This document shows positions 30,981-40,988 of a DNA stretch of 64,000 nucleotides, piece after piece. The first letter of the stretch is position 1. Every line of letters begins with the position of its first letter. Source of the DNA: Verrucomicrobiota bacterium (lineage in GTDB: Bacteria; Verrucomicrobiota; Verrucomicrobiia; Limisphaerales; AAA164-E04); contig CP170459.1 in NCBI GenBank assembly GCA_047947115.1, positions 1,568,001 to 1,632,000 of the forward strand, written 5' to 3'. The notes below the pieces were generated by a model. The model made no database searches and had not been told where the DNA came from. It saw nothing but the letters and a program-made list of their open reading frames with translations. The translations under genes and the position numbers were made by a program.

Positions 30981-32501
30981 TTATTCATTTTGTGCGGAAC
31001 GCGGAATCCGGTTCAGCGTGTAACAGACAACCGCATGATCGAGGGGTTCATCATCCGAGGAGCGAAGCCCTTTGAAAGTCATTTCATGCACATAACCTTC
31101 TCTCAGTCCATCCACGTCCAGGTTCATCACACGTCGATCCTTTGAAAGTAGGCTGGATCTGATGTTTAATGTTTGCTGGTCGATTTCTTCACTGCCATAG
31201 CTTGAATGGTAGTGGTAGGTATAACTCCGCATATGAACAGGTGAATGTGTGATCCCGGAATGAGGGCCCAGTGGTTTGGTGAAAGTGACTTTGAATCCGC
31301 CGGGTTGCGCGTTGATTCGGTGGATTTCAAAAGGTGTGCTTCCCGCCCAACTCAATCGCTCCATGCCAAACGAACGATGCCCCAAAGAATTCCAGCCACG
31401 ATTTGTTTCGCCAATGATCAGGCCTCCCTGTGCGTCCCATGCCAGCCGGAGCGCCCCACACTGCAAGCCTTCCGCGAATCGAAAACAGGCCCCCTGGTAG
31501 ACGCCTTCCACTTTTTCCATATACACCCGCAGGATCATGGACATGGTAAATTCCCCGACAAAGGCCTGTCCTGCAAACGGTCCGAACTTGCCATCAGTCG
31601 TGTCCCATAAAACGTCCGTTGCACTCATTCCCATGGTGCGATAAGGAAACCATACCGGTGGGAGTTGGTAGGCCGGGATCTGTTGGGCAGCTTCCACAAC
31701 GGTGATGTTTTTGGGGAGGTTTTTTTCAATGTTAAAAGTGGCTTCAGGTCGTCGGCAATGTTCGAGAGCATCTGCATGTCCATGAAACACCCCGCTCTGA
31801 ACATGGAGAAGGGGACATGTGGGAAACCAGTTGCCTTGTTGGTCCGTGGCGAATATTCCCCCGTCCGGATGCAATCCCATTCCACTAGGTGAGCGAAATC
31901 CTCCTGAGACCGGTTGCCAGGATCCGTCAGGAGTCACTTTGATGCTCCAACCGCGCCATGCTGTATCCTCGGGAACCGGTCCTTTTCCAATGCCTATGTT
32001 GAGTGTGATCCATGCGTTTCCCTGATCATCGAATTGAGGGCCATACGCATATTCATGGTAGTTGCCGGTGACGCCCCAACCTTTCGCAATCGTCCAATAC
32101 TCGTCAGCGAAACCGTCCTCGTCCGTGTCACGGATACGGGTGAGTTCAGTGCGTTGGACCGTATAAAGAGCGCCGTCCCGATACGCCAGCCCGAGTGGTT
32201 CGTGCAGACCTGATGCATACTTTCTGTAACGGGTGGATGCCGGATTATTCGTTTGACTTGCGATCCAGATCTCTCCTTTGCGTATGGCGATGGCCATGCT
32301 GCCATCCGGTAACAAAGCGAGACCGCTCACCTCAAGTTTTAGCGATTCAGGAATCGTGAAGGTCTCCAAGGTATACGGTGAATCGTTTGAGATCGCATCA
32401 CCCTGCACTTTGGGGATTGTTGGAAGAGAAAGTAGCGCCATGACGCCCGCAAAGAGTCCGGCTTGCCATTGAATGAGTCTCATCGCAATGGTTCTATTCA
32501 T
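30981..32501 (-). CDS. Secreted beta-propeller protein (glucose/sorbosone-dehydrogenase-like) partnered with multiheme cytochrome
   Basis: Signal peptide; LEVSGLA, ASGLHEPLGL, DTDEDGFAD, GNYHEYAYG, GFRSPSG, DQQGNW; ATG 32501 overlaps upstream TGA. Confidence 0.65.
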   Translation of the reverse strand: MNRTIAMRLIQWQAGLFAGVMALLSLPTIPKVQGDAISNDSPYTLETFTIPESLKLEVSGLALLPDGSMAIAIRKGEIWIASQTNNPASTRYRKYASGLHEPLGLAYRDGALYTVQRTELTRIRDTDEDGFADEYWTIAKGWGVTGNYHEYAYGPQFDDQGNAWITLNIGIGKGPVPEDTAWRGWSIKVTPDGSWQPVSGGFRSPSGMGLHPDGGIFATDQQGNWFPTCPLLHVQSGVFHGHADALEHCRRPEATFNIEKNLPKNITVVEAAQQIPAYQLPPVWFPYRTMGMSATDVLWDTTDGKFGPFAGQAFVGEFTMSMILRVYMEKVEGVYQGACFRFAEGLQCGALRLAWDAQGGLIIGETNRGWNSLGHRSFGMERLSWAGSTPFEIHRINAQPGGFKVTFTKPLGPHSGITHSPVHMRSYTYHYHSSYGSEEIDQQTLNIRSSLLSKDRRVMNLDVDGLREGYVHEMTFKGLRSSDDEPLDHAVVCYTLNRIPRSAQNE

Positions 32502-34792
32502 GATCCGGGTTCCTTCATTCGATATCCCATTCGGTGAAAGCCATCTTCCTGGACGGGCTTGAGCCACAATTCTGATTGATTTGAGCTTGTGCGCCATTCG
32601 GGTATGCCTTGGATGATTTCAATATCCAGTGAATCAGTGATGCGAAAACACTCATCCGTGAGTTCTTCATAAGAGCTATTGGAACTGATCAGAAGTTGCA
32701 GGCCTGCCTCATCTGAGGGCCATTGCAGTTGACGTGTGATCCCATGTTGCTCGGCGTGGATGCGATCTTGTATCGTGATGGATTTCCCTACTTGATAGAT
32801 GAAAGTCGGTATACCCTCCGCATCCAATTGATATCCACGGAAGAGGTTTTGATGCTTAAGCATGAAGTCATTATTATCTCCTACGGCCCACACTCCTTTG
32901 GTGTCTGGAAACCATGCCCGTTTTCTTCCTAATGGAGAGGCGAGAGGAGTGAACCGGTCATCCCATGTGGATTCGGCGCTTAGAAAATCTCCTTTCCAGG
33001 CCAGTGACCATTGACATTTTTTTGCGTCGAAAGCCACATGAAATGATTCGGGGAATCCCACCGCGATGGCATGCAGTCCCGCTTGCTGCATGAATGTTCG
33101 AAACACGATGGGTTTGTCCTGCGGGATTAATTTGAAGTCATCCTTCTGTTCCATACCTTCCGGCAGTCGGGATTGATCCAGTTCGTTCAGATAGGCCCAG
33201 ATGCTGTCGATCTGTCTTTCCGCTGATCCACCGTGTCCATTGATGCTGGGGTTGCCGTTTGGCCAAAACGCCGGCATGCGGGTGCCAGGGCGGAAGGCCG
33301 ACGGATCAAGCAGGTAATCTCTAAACCAAGGGGCGCGCAGTCTTTCAGCCGCATGCTTCAAGTCCATGGCTTGAATCCCCAGCGAACGATTTCCGTTGAG
33401 TGGATGGCATTGGATGCAACCAAGGCCGTTGATTCCTGCGAGCGCCCGTCCCCACATGTTGCGGCCGACCTGATTTTCCTGGCCGTTTCTGGGGGTGGAT
33501 TGTTCTCTGGGATCAGCATCGATCCTGGCAAATGAGTTGGCCAGGAAATGCGCATGGGATTCCCCAAAATCCGGCATGCGGGTGTTCATGTAAGGCCGTG
33601 CGGGGAGACTGCCTTGAATCGTTTTCAGCAAGGCCTCGAGCTTCATTTTTCTGCCCACTCCATTGAGGTGAGGCGGAAATCTTCCTTCGTCTTCCAAGTC
33701 GTCGCCTGTGGTGGTGAAATAATCCCGTTGTGCTTCATCAGGTCCTACCAAGGTTCCGCGGGCATGACATGCGTCACACCGCAGGGTTTCCATGTATGCT
33801 TCGACACCCAATGTTGGAATGCTGTTTTCACTGGGTGTTGAGTGATTTAATGCTTTTCGAATCTGTTGGCGTTGTCCGGGGTTCAGCGCATACCAAGGCA
33901 CACCTGATTGAGGGGCTTCAGCCAGACATCCTGAATCAAGTCTGCATTCCGAAAGATTGGATTGATTGGGAACCGCCACTTTCATGTTCTCTCCCAATGT
34001 ATGGCATTGGCCGCATTGTAATTGTTGGAACCATTGACGTCCCGATTCGATGGAGTCGGAGCTGTCCGAGAGCAAACTTTGAGAACGAAGCGTATTGGTC
34101 ATGAGGTAGGAGGTGAGATCCAGTGCTTCCTTGGTTGAAAGATGAAAGTTGGGCATGCGAAAGGAGGGGCGGGTTTCCTGTGGGTTGCGCAGGAATGAGA
34201 ACAATCCGCTTGTCACATACTTTTTATTCACATGCCTCAGTGAATGCTTGTCCGATTCAGTGTCGTCCAGCAGGGCGTGACATGCCACGCAACCCAGGGA
34301 TTTGAAACGTTCTTCACCTTCGATGGCATTGCCGGAAGGGTCGGTTTCTTGCTCACGGTGGAGGTGGGTTGGTTGCCAAAGGAAGTCGGTCAATGCTTGC
34401 GTTATTTCAGAAAGTTGTGGTGCGGGAATGCCGTGTAGCAAAGAGGGCATGCGTGTTCCGGGTTGTTCTGCATGAGGATGTTCTAGCCACTCGTTGATGT
34501 AGGCTCTCTTCAAACGGAATCGAGCGCGTTCGAGCCTGGGTGCGTCAAAGGCAGGCAACTCGTTTAATATCAAGGGTTTTCCCTTATGGCATTGATAACA
34601 CCCCAGCTCATTGATCAATATCCAGCCTTTCGTTACTTCAGAATGAAAGGAAGCCGCCCCTGGCTCATTGGATGGGGGAGGGGAAGGTGTCGCGCCGAAG
34701 ATGTGACTTGCCAACAGGCAGCCAATCAACCAAAAGCGCCCCGTTAACGGAGTCAAATGATCTGGCGCATTGGGTCGTCTGGAACGTTTCAT
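32498..34792 (-). CDS. Periplasmic pentaheme c-type cytochrome domain protein
   Basis: Five CxxCH motifs (CYQCH, CVACH, CGQCH, CDACH, CIQCH), repeated PGTRMP-type motifs; signal peptide. Confidence 0.82.
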   Translation of the reverse strand: MKRSRRPNAPDHLTPLTGRFWLIGCLLASHIFGATPSPPPSNEPGAASFHSEVTKGWILINELGCYQCHKGKPLILNELPAFDAPRLERARFRLKRAYINEWLEHPHAEQPGTRMPSLLHGIPAPQLSEITQALTDFLWQPTHLHREQETDPSGNAIEGEERFKSLGCVACHALLDDTESDKHSLRHVNKKYVTSGLFSFLRNPQETRPSFRMPNFHLSTKEALDLTSYLMTNTLRSQSLLSDSSDSIESGRQWFQQLQCGQCHTLGENMKVAVPNQSNLSECRLDSGCLAEAPQSGVPWYALNPGQRQQIRKALNHSTPSENSIPTLGVEAYMETLRCDACHARGTLVGPDEAQRDYFTTTGDDLEDEGRFPPHLNGVGRKMKLEALLKTIQGSLPARPYMNTRMPDFGESHAHFLANSFARIDADPREQSTPRNGQENQVGRNMWGRALAGINGLGCIQCHPLNGNRSLGIQAMDLKHAAERLRAPWFRDYLLDPSAFRPGTRMPAFWPNGNPSINGHGGSAERQIDSIWAYLNELDQSRLPEGMEQKDDFKLIPQDKPIVFRTFMQQAGLHAIAVGFPESFHVAFDAKKCQWSLAWKGDFLSAESTWDDRFTPLASPLGRKRAWFPDTKGVWAVGDNNDFMLKHQNLFRGYQLDAEGIPTFIYQVGKSITIQDRIHAEQHGITRQLQWPSDEAGLQLLISSNSSYEELTDECFRITDSLDIEIIQGIPEWRTSSNQSELWLKPVQEDGFHRMGYRMKEPGS

Positions 34793-34942
34793 GGTCGGGC
34801 GCCACTATAAGCGACCCGACATTTGAAGTCGAATGTTCAATCCAGAAAAACCGGTGGTTGTTCCCATAAATTCGTGATAGACTAAACGATCCACGACCGA
34901 TCTTCAAGCGGTGGGATAGATGAGAAGTCATTGTTGAGTCGT

Positions 34943-35680
34943 ATGAAATTTGTCGTTCTATGGGTGCTGGTTGGTTGTTTTTACGGCATCGTTTCCCTAG
35001 CGAACTCGCCGGATGCGGAGTCTATCAAAATGGCATCTGAAAAATTGTATGATGCCGCCCTGATTCGGTTTCAATCGGAAGCATTCTCCGCTGAGGATGC
35101 CTGGAAACTGGCGCGTGTTGCATTTGATTTTGCTGAACACCTGGATCCTTCCGATCGCAAGGAATCCGTGGCGAGGCAAGGTATCGCCGCTGCCCGCGCT
35201 TGCGTTCAACAATCCTCCCAAATGGCCGAAGGATATTATTATCTGGCATTGAATCTTGGACAACTGGCTCGTTGCCGCAGATTGGGCGCTTTGAAGCTGG
35301 TTCGCGAAATGGAAAAAGCTTTCTTGAAAGCGCGTGAGCTGAACGCCAGCCTGGACTTTGCAGGACCGGATCGTTGTTTGGGGAGACTCTATTTACAAGC
35401 GCCCGGATGGCCCGCCAGTGTTGGAAGTTCCCGGAAAGCGATGGAACACTTGACTGAAGCGATGCTTATCCATCCCGAATATCCGGGGAATGTGCTCCAA
35501 CTGGTGCATGCATGTCAGGAATTGAACCGTCCAGGAGAGGCCAGTCGCTACTTTCGAATGACCCATCAAATAACTCAACAAATGAATCAAAACTGGGCTG
35601 ATCGGCTGCCTCCCATCGTCCTGGTGAAGTGGCGTGCATTATTGAAGGACATTCAGACCACGATGTCTGAGGAATCCTGA
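34943..35680 (+). CDS. Secreted TPR-like protein (TatT-like)
   Basis: Signal peptide; EGYYYLALNLG, AGPDRCLGRLYLQAPGWP.S.G motif. Confidence 0.55.
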   Translation: MKFVVLWVLVGCFYGIVSLANSPDAESIKMASEKLYDAALIRFQSEAFSAEDAWKLARVAFDFAEHLDPSDRKESVARQGIAAARACVQQSSQMAEGYYYLALNLGQLARCRRLGALKLVREMEKAFLKARELNASLDFAGPDRCLGRLYLQAPGWPASVGSSRKAMEHLTEAMLIHPEYPGNVLQLVHACQELNRPGEASRYFRMTHQITQQMNQNWADRLPPIVLVKWRALLKDIQTTMSEES

Positions 35681-35697
35681 GGTAGAGCTGCATTTTG

Positions 35698-35980
35698 TTA
35701 GGGACGCGCTGCTGTGCGTCCGCTGTGGCGCCCGACTACGCCATCAACATTCCCACACCCCCAGCGTGCTCGCCGCCCCGCGGCAGCGGGGCCCTACCGG
35801 AGGCGTTAGCTTCTGGGTGGGTAGGGACGTGCTGCTGCGCGTCCGCTGCGGCACCCGACTACGCCATAGACATCCCCACACCCCCAGCGCGTTCGCGGCC
35901 CCGCGGCAGCGGGGCCCTACCGGAGGCGTTAGCTTCTGGGTGGGTGGGGACGTGCTGCTGCGCGTCCGCTGCGGCACCGA
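35698..35980 (+). repeat. Tandem GTAG-REP doublet array (REPIN/BIME-like), about 2.3 units, period 123 bp
   Basis: Units start 35698, 35821, 35944; each has GTAG-GGACG(C/T)GC-TGCT-GCGCGTCC ... GGCCCCGC-GGCA-GCGGGGCC-CTAC (100 bp) plus a 23-bp linker. Confidence 0.88.
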
Positions 35981-36059
35981 TTGAATGATTCAGCTGAAAT
36001 ACAGCTGAATCGACCTTGGCTTGCCTGATTTGAGCGGGTGGGGTAAAGGTGCAGTGCGG

Positions 36060-36890
36060 ATGCGAAACGTTCAGATTCAATGCATGGTATGTTTTTGTGG
36101 TGTGCTGCTGTTTGCAGTGAGCATGATTGTATCCTTGTCTGCAGATGATGTGAAGGTTGGGGCAAATAAGGCGCTATCGGCCGAGGAGATTTTGGAGCAG
36201 GTGCGCCTGATCTTGAAGGAGCCTCGAAAAGATCTTCCAGTCATTACCTACCTGAGGCGTTCGGTCATCACAGAATTGGACGCAGAAGGTAAACATCAAA
36301 AGGTCACACAAAAAACACATCGAGCCTACTCGGACGAGAGAGATCAGCTGCTTCTGGAAGTTGATGGACGACCTGCCACTCAAAAGGAAATCGACAAGGA
36401 CCGTGCTCACAATCTTGATCGCCAGCAGAAGTTTCTCCACCGACAGGCTGATAAGGACAGCGATCACAATGAGGATCTGATGGTGAAAAACATGGATCTC
36501 TTCCGAAAGAAGTTTTCGTTTCTACTGGACGGAGAGGAACGCATTCAGGAGCGTGAGTGTTACGTCCTGCGGTTTATCCCCGATCCGGAATTTTCCCTGG
36601 ACAATCGGTTTGTAGATCGCCTGATGAATGCCGTGCGCCCCAAAGTATGGGTGGATAAGAAAGCCTTTCGCATCGTTCGTATTGAAACCAAATTGGTTGA
36701 ATCCGTGTCCTTTCTGGGGGGTCTCGCAGGCGTGCTCCGTGACATTGAAATCAATGTGGATCAAAGGGAGCATTTGCCCGATGTTTGGGTGGATGATACC
36801 GTCTCGGCGTTCTTTGACGTGCGTGTGTTTTTTAAGACTTATCGGTTTCGGCTTAAAAGCAAATCTTCTGAGTTTGAAATATTACAATAA
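36060..36890 (+). CDS. Exported hypothetical protein (LolA/MucB-like beta-rich fold possible)
   Basis: Signal-peptide-like N-terminus; F.F...GEE.I..R.CYVL.F.P and VWVDK..F.IVRIE pattern. Confidence 0.55.
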   Translation: MRNVQIQCMVCFCGVLLFAVSMIVSLSADDVKVGANKALSAEEILEQVRLILKEPRKDLPVITYLRRSVITELDAEGKHQKVTQKTHRAYSDERDQLLLEVDGRPATQKEIDKDRAHNLDRQQKFLHRQADKDSDHNEDLMVKNMDLFRKKFSFLLDGEERIQERECYVLRFIPDPEFSLDNRFVDRLMNAVRPKVWVDKKAFRIVRIETKLVESVSFLGGLAGVLRDIEINVDQREHLPDVWVDDTVSAFFDVRVFFKTYRFRLKSKSSEFEILQ

Positions 36891-36908
36891 TCCGGGCCTG
36901 ATATGTTC

Positions 36909-37643
36909 TCAGTCAGTCTCCCATATGTTTTCTTCGATCAATTTTTTTGTGACCTTTCCTTTCCAGTCCTTGTTGGCAGCCGGGCTTGCGGGGCTGGGGT
37001 GGAGGATTTCCGTTGTTTCGATGCCCATGGGATCAGCCGCTTCGACGGCGCGTTGATACGCAAAACGGCCCACACCGATAACTTTTTCGGGTTTCAGGAT
37101 TTCGAGCACCTTGCAGAGATGGACGGTGCAGGCATCGAAGAGGGATTGCCTGAGTTTGGCCGGGAGTTTGTCAGGCGTTAGGTTGCGTCCGGACTCCTCC
37201 AAAAACGCCAAAGGACAGTAGTTGGCGACGAAGTGATCCTTGAAAAAGGACTCCGCTTCACCAAATCGATCTTGAAACAAACCCCATAACCTTTTTCCAC
37301 TGACTTCCGAACGCGGGCAGGCGAATCCCTGAATCGGGCGTTTGGGGTGAGTGTTCTTTGGACCGGTTTTGATTTCCTGAATCCCCATCCAGTCCCTGAC
37401 AAAGCTGATTTCGCCGAAAGGCACTGCTGTTTGCACCATGCCGAAGGGGCCGGGGTTCATGCCCAGAAAAATGAATCGTTTGCGATTGGCGGCAAAGTGT
37501 TTAAGGTAATCCTCGTGTGCGGAACGTCCGTATTGGATAGGGTTGTAGACCCACGCGACGGGAGGCGGGAACAACAGTTTCTCCAAGTCCTCACACAAGG
37601 TTCGGGCCGCCAGGATCATTTTTTTCGCACTTGCGGTAGTCAT
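36909..37643 (-). CDS. SMUG1-family (family 3) uracil-DNA glycosylase
   Basis: VYNP, FLGMNPGPFGM.QT.VPFG, RSEVSG.RLWG, NYCPL, HPSPASPAAN motifs; ATG 37643. Confidence 0.9.
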   Translation of the reverse strand: MTTASAKKMILAARTLCEDLEKLLFPPPVAWVYNPIQYGRSAHEDYLKHFAANRKRFIFLGMNPGPFGMVQTAVPFGEISFVRDWMGIQEIKTGPKNTHPKRPIQGFACPRSEVSGKRLWGLFQDRFGEAESFFKDHFVANYCPLAFLEESGRNLTPDKLPAKLRQSLFDACTVHLCKVLEILKPEKVIGVGRFAYQRAVEAADPMGIETTEILHPSPASPAANKDWKGKVTKKLIEENIWETD

Positions 37644-37690
37644 GATATTTTCAAACCGCGGCAGCATAGGAAACTGAGCAGAGAAAACCA

Positions 37691-38374
37691 ATGAAGATTC
37701 TTTTGACGAATGATGACGGGATCGACGCTGAAGGTTTGGAGTGCCTTCAGCAGTCTGTAGGGGGAGAGCTGTACGTAGTGGCTCCCGCGGATCATGTTTC
37801 GGAGTGTGGGCATCGCATCACCACGCGGACATCGCTCAAATTGGAGCAAAGAGGTGAACGTAGGTGGGCCGTGCACGGTTCGCCGGCTGATTGTGTGCGG
37901 GTGGCTGTGAAGCATCTATATTCTTCCATTACCTTTGACTGGGTGTTGTCCGGTGTGAATCAGGGGGGGAATCTTGGTATAGACCTTTACTATTCCGGCA
38001 CTGCGGCAGCGGCTCGCGAAGCGGCCATTTTCGGAATTCGATCCATCGCTTTCTCGCACTATATTAGACGGGAAATCGACTTGGACTGGCAACATGCGGG
38101 GCGACGTGTGCAACGTGTTTGGAAGGCGCTGGGAGAGATACTTCTTGAGCCCGGTCGATTTTGGAATGTCAACCTGCCGCATCTGGAGGCAGGCATCCCA
38201 GAGCCGGAGTTGCGGTTTTGTGAACCGTGCAAACACCCTTTGCCGGTAGTCTATACAGGTGATGAGGGAGAAGCTGTTTATTCCGGACGATATCCTGATC
38301 GTCAGAAGACCAAAGGCAGTGACACGGATCTTTGCTTTGGTGGGGCCATTACGGTTTCACAAATTTCGATATAA
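37691..38374 (+). CDS. surE: 5'/3'-nucleotidase SurE
   Basis: MKILLTNDDGIDAEG, GSPADCV, SGVNQGGN, YSGT motifs. Confidence 0.93.
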   Translation: MKILLTNDDGIDAEGLECLQQSVGGELYVVAPADHVSECGHRITTRTSLKLEQRGERRWAVHGSPADCVRVAVKHLYSSITFDWVLSGVNQGGNLGIDLYYSGTAAAAREAAIFGIRSIAFSHYIRREIDLDWQHAGRRVQRVWKALGEILLEPGRFWNVNLPHLEAGIPEPELRFCEPCKHPLPVVYTGDEGEAVYSGRYPDRQKTKGSDTDLCFGGAITVSQISI

Positions 38375-38375
38375 A

Positions 38376-38405
38376 AAAAAGGACGGTCTGGAGACCGTCC
38401 TTTTT
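38376..38405. terminator. Bidirectional Rho-independent terminator
   Basis: A-tract-GGACGGTC-TGGA-GACCGTCC-T-tract between convergent genes. Confidence 0.85.
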
Positions 38406-38432
38406 GCAATAGATGTTCGCTGGTGGACTGGA

Positions 38433-39512
38433 TCAGCCTTCTGTTTTTTCGGCAAGCAGGGCTTCGATCTTGTCTTTGAGAAGATGTCTTTCGGTATGTT
38501 CGATGGCTTCCACCAGCTCCCCTTTTTTATTGACCAGCCACATGGTGGGGACGGCTGTGATACCAAAGCGCTGTCCAAAGGCATTTTGCCATCCTTGACC
38601 ATCAAAATACTGGGGCCAGGGCATGTTTTCCTTTTTCGTAAAACTCGTCAGTTTACCTTCTGATTGATCGAAGCTGATGCCAATAATCTCGAATCCCTTC
38701 GGATGGAGGCTTTCATAGGCAGCCTTGACGTTGGGTAATTCCTGGATGCAGGGACCGCACCAGGTTGCCCAGAAATCGATCAGAACGACCTTGCCGTTCA
38801 TCTTTTGTAAGTCGACCTCCCGGCCGTCCACCGCGGTGAATTTCAAATCCAGTTTGGAACCCCACATGCCCAATCGCTCGGCCAGACCTCGGGCAGCGGC
38901 TTTGATTTGTTCGTTTTTGGCGTTTTCACTGACTTCCTTGGCTATTTCGATGCCTTTTTTTCCGCCCAGTTGTTCGGCGATATACATCAACATTTGAGGG
39001 ATTTCTTCATTATCGGGAAACTCCTTGGTCAGCTCACGCACTCCTTTTTCAAATTCCAACAACACTGCTTCCCGACCTTCGGCTTGTTTGGCCATGGCCT
39101 GGTTCTGGATCATGATGCTTCGGACCTGAAATTTTTCAGCTACGGGCAAATCGAGTTTAAGTAACTCGGGAGCTGCTTCGACATATCCATACTCCTGAAG
39201 AGCCTTCTGCAGGTGTTCTTTCTCTGATGTCCTGGCCTCTTCTGCTTTGGCGTGATCTGGGTGCTTGGTGTAAAACTCCTTGGCAAGTTTGGCTGCTTTA
39301 AAGGCTTGCGCTCCGTTTTCTTCGATAAATTTCTCAACTTCTTCCTGACTGGGGCGATTGGTCTGCCAGTCGGCAGGTGCTGTTTTGAGTTGTCCGGCTT
39401 CTTCAACTTGCTTCCACAAAACGTCCGCTTCATCCGATACGGCACATGATGGCATGGCCAGCAATCCGCATATGGCGCTCATTGTCAGGTATTTCTTGAT
39501 CGTGTTTTTCAT
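38433..39512 (-). CDS. TlpA/ResA-family thiol:disulfide oxidoreductase lipoprotein
   Basis: GKVVLIDFWATWCGPC, FGITAVPT; lipobox-like LAMPSC; helical N-terminal domain. Confidence 0.88.
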   Translation of the reverse strand: MKNTIKKYLTMSAICGLLAMPSCAVSDEADVLWKQVEEAGQLKTAPADWQTNRPSQEEVEKFIEENGAQAFKAAKLAKEFYTKHPDHAKAEEARTSEKEHLQKALQEYGYVEAAPELLKLDLPVAEKFQVRSIMIQNQAMAKQAEGREAVLLEFEKGVRELTKEFPDNEEIPQMLMYIAEQLGGKKGIEIAKEVSENAKNEQIKAAARGLAERLGMWGSKLDLKFTAVDGREVDLQKMNGKVVLIDFWATWCGPCIQELPNVKAAYESLHPKGFEIIGISFDQSEGKLTSFTKKENMPWPQYFDGQGWQNAFGQRFGITAVPTMWLVNKKGELVEAIEHTERHLLKDKIEALLAEKTEG

Positions 39513-39637
39513 GTTCTAGATGATTAAAGCTGCTTAAAGCCTATCTTATTCGTCAGGAAATGCACCATGTTTTTCTGTCACAGATTTTTTGCAATCTCCT
39601 GCTTTGCATCAAGGCCCTGGCCGGTTATAAGGTTCTC

Positions 39638-40921
39638 ATGCATTCATTTTTCTCGTTTCGGATATTCACTGGAGTGATTCTTTTCCTTTCTATATCAATG
39701 CTTCGTGCCGGAGAACGTTCCGAGCCAACTTGGTGGAAAGGCAATCTGCACACTCACTCTTTGTGGAGTGATGGAGATGATTATCCTGAAATGATCATGG
39801 ATTGGTACAAATCCAATGGTTATGATTTCGCGGTTTTGTCCGATCACAATGTGATCCAAATTGGTGAGCGATGGTCGAATGTTGCTGCCAACAAGGGAGG
39901 AACCACCGCCTACGAGAAATATGTGGAACGTTTCGGTGCCGAATGGGTTGATTCACGTATTCAGGAGGGCAAGGTGCAGGTGCGCTTAAAGCCTCTAAGT
40001 GAATACCGACCGTTGTTCGATGAGCCGGGAAAATTCCTGATCATCCAAAGCCAGGAACTTACGGACCGGTATCTGACAGCGCCCATTCACATCAATGTGA
40101 CCCATATCCGTGAGCCCATCCAACCGCAGGGTGGTGGTTCAGTGCTCGAAGTCATGCAAAACAATATCAACGCCATCTTGGCTCAGCGTGAATCCACCGG
40201 GCAGCCGTTGATGTCGCACATCAATCATCCCAATTTTGGTTGGGCCATCACTGCCGAGGAGTTCATGCAGTTGAGAGGGGAAAAGTTTTTCGAAGTCTAC
40301 AACGGGCATCCTTCCGTGCATAACGAAGGCGATAAAACTCATGCCAGTATGGAACGTTTTTGGGATATCGTACTGACTTGGCGGTTGGCCGTGCTGGATT
40401 TGCCGATCATGTATGGGATCGCCACAGATGATGCCCACAACTACCATGAGCAACGGGTCGGTCTGAGCAATGCCGGACGTGGATGGGTGATGGTCCGTTC
40501 GAGAAATTTGACGCCTGACCATTTGGTTCGCGCAATGGAGGTTGGTGATTTTTATGCTTCATCCGGCGTGAGCCTGAGCTCGATCCATCATGATTCAAAT
40601 GGTCTCAAGCTCCGGATTCGGCAAGAACCCGATGTTTCTTACACGACCTATTTCATTGGAACAAAACAGGATTTTGACACCTCGCATGAACCACTGCGTG
40701 CCGGGGATGGCAATCCGGTCAGGGTGACACATCAGTATCATGAGTCAGTGGGACAGGTTCTGGCTCAGGTCGATGGGATTGCTCCATCATATACTTTCAA
40801 GGGTGATGAAATCTATGTGCGTGCCAAGATTGTTTCCAGCAAGCCAATGAGCAATCCGTACAAGGCTGGCGAAACCGAATGTGCCTGGGTGCAGCCCGTT
40901 GTGGTCAATTCTGGGAAATAA
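39638..40921 (+). CDS. Secreted PHP-domain metallo-phosphoesterase
   Basis: WWKGNLHTHSLWSDG, SDHN, INHP, EVYN, TDDAH, GDFYASSG metal-ligand motifs. Confidence 0.8.
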   Translation: MHSFFSFRIFTGVILFLSISMLRAGERSEPTWWKGNLHTHSLWSDGDDYPEMIMDWYKSNGYDFAVLSDHNVIQIGERWSNVAANKGGTTAYEKYVERFGAEWVDSRIQEGKVQVRLKPLSEYRPLFDEPGKFLIIQSQELTDRYLTAPIHINVTHIREPIQPQGGGSVLEVMQNNINAILAQRESTGQPLMSHINHPNFGWAITAEEFMQLRGEKFFEVYNGHPSVHNEGDKTHASMERFWDIVLTWRLAVLDLPIMYGIATDDAHNYHEQRVGLSNAGRGWVMVRSRNLTPDHLVRAMEVGDFYASSGVSLSSIHHDSNGLKLRIRQEPDVSYTTYFIGTKQDFDTSHEPLRAGDGNPVRVTHQYHESVGQVLAQVDGIAPSYTFKGDEIYVRAKIVSSKPMSNPYKAGETECAWVQPVVVNSGK

Positions 40922-40932
40922 GGTTTTCAATG

Positions 40933-40962
40933 AAAAAGGCCTTCCGTTTTGGAAGGCCTTTT
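40933..40962. terminator. Bidirectional Rho-independent terminator
   Basis: AAAAAGGCCTTCC-GTTTT-GGAAGGCCTTTT between convergent genes. Confidence 0.85.
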
Positions 40963-40988
40963 GAAATTACTTTGAAGTGAGATTGGTG

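Noticed and set aside
35695..35988. Short ORFs with 41-aa repeats, and a possible CRISPR array
   Set aside because: They are translations of the 123-bp REP array; spacers are near-identical rather than unique and no cas genes are present
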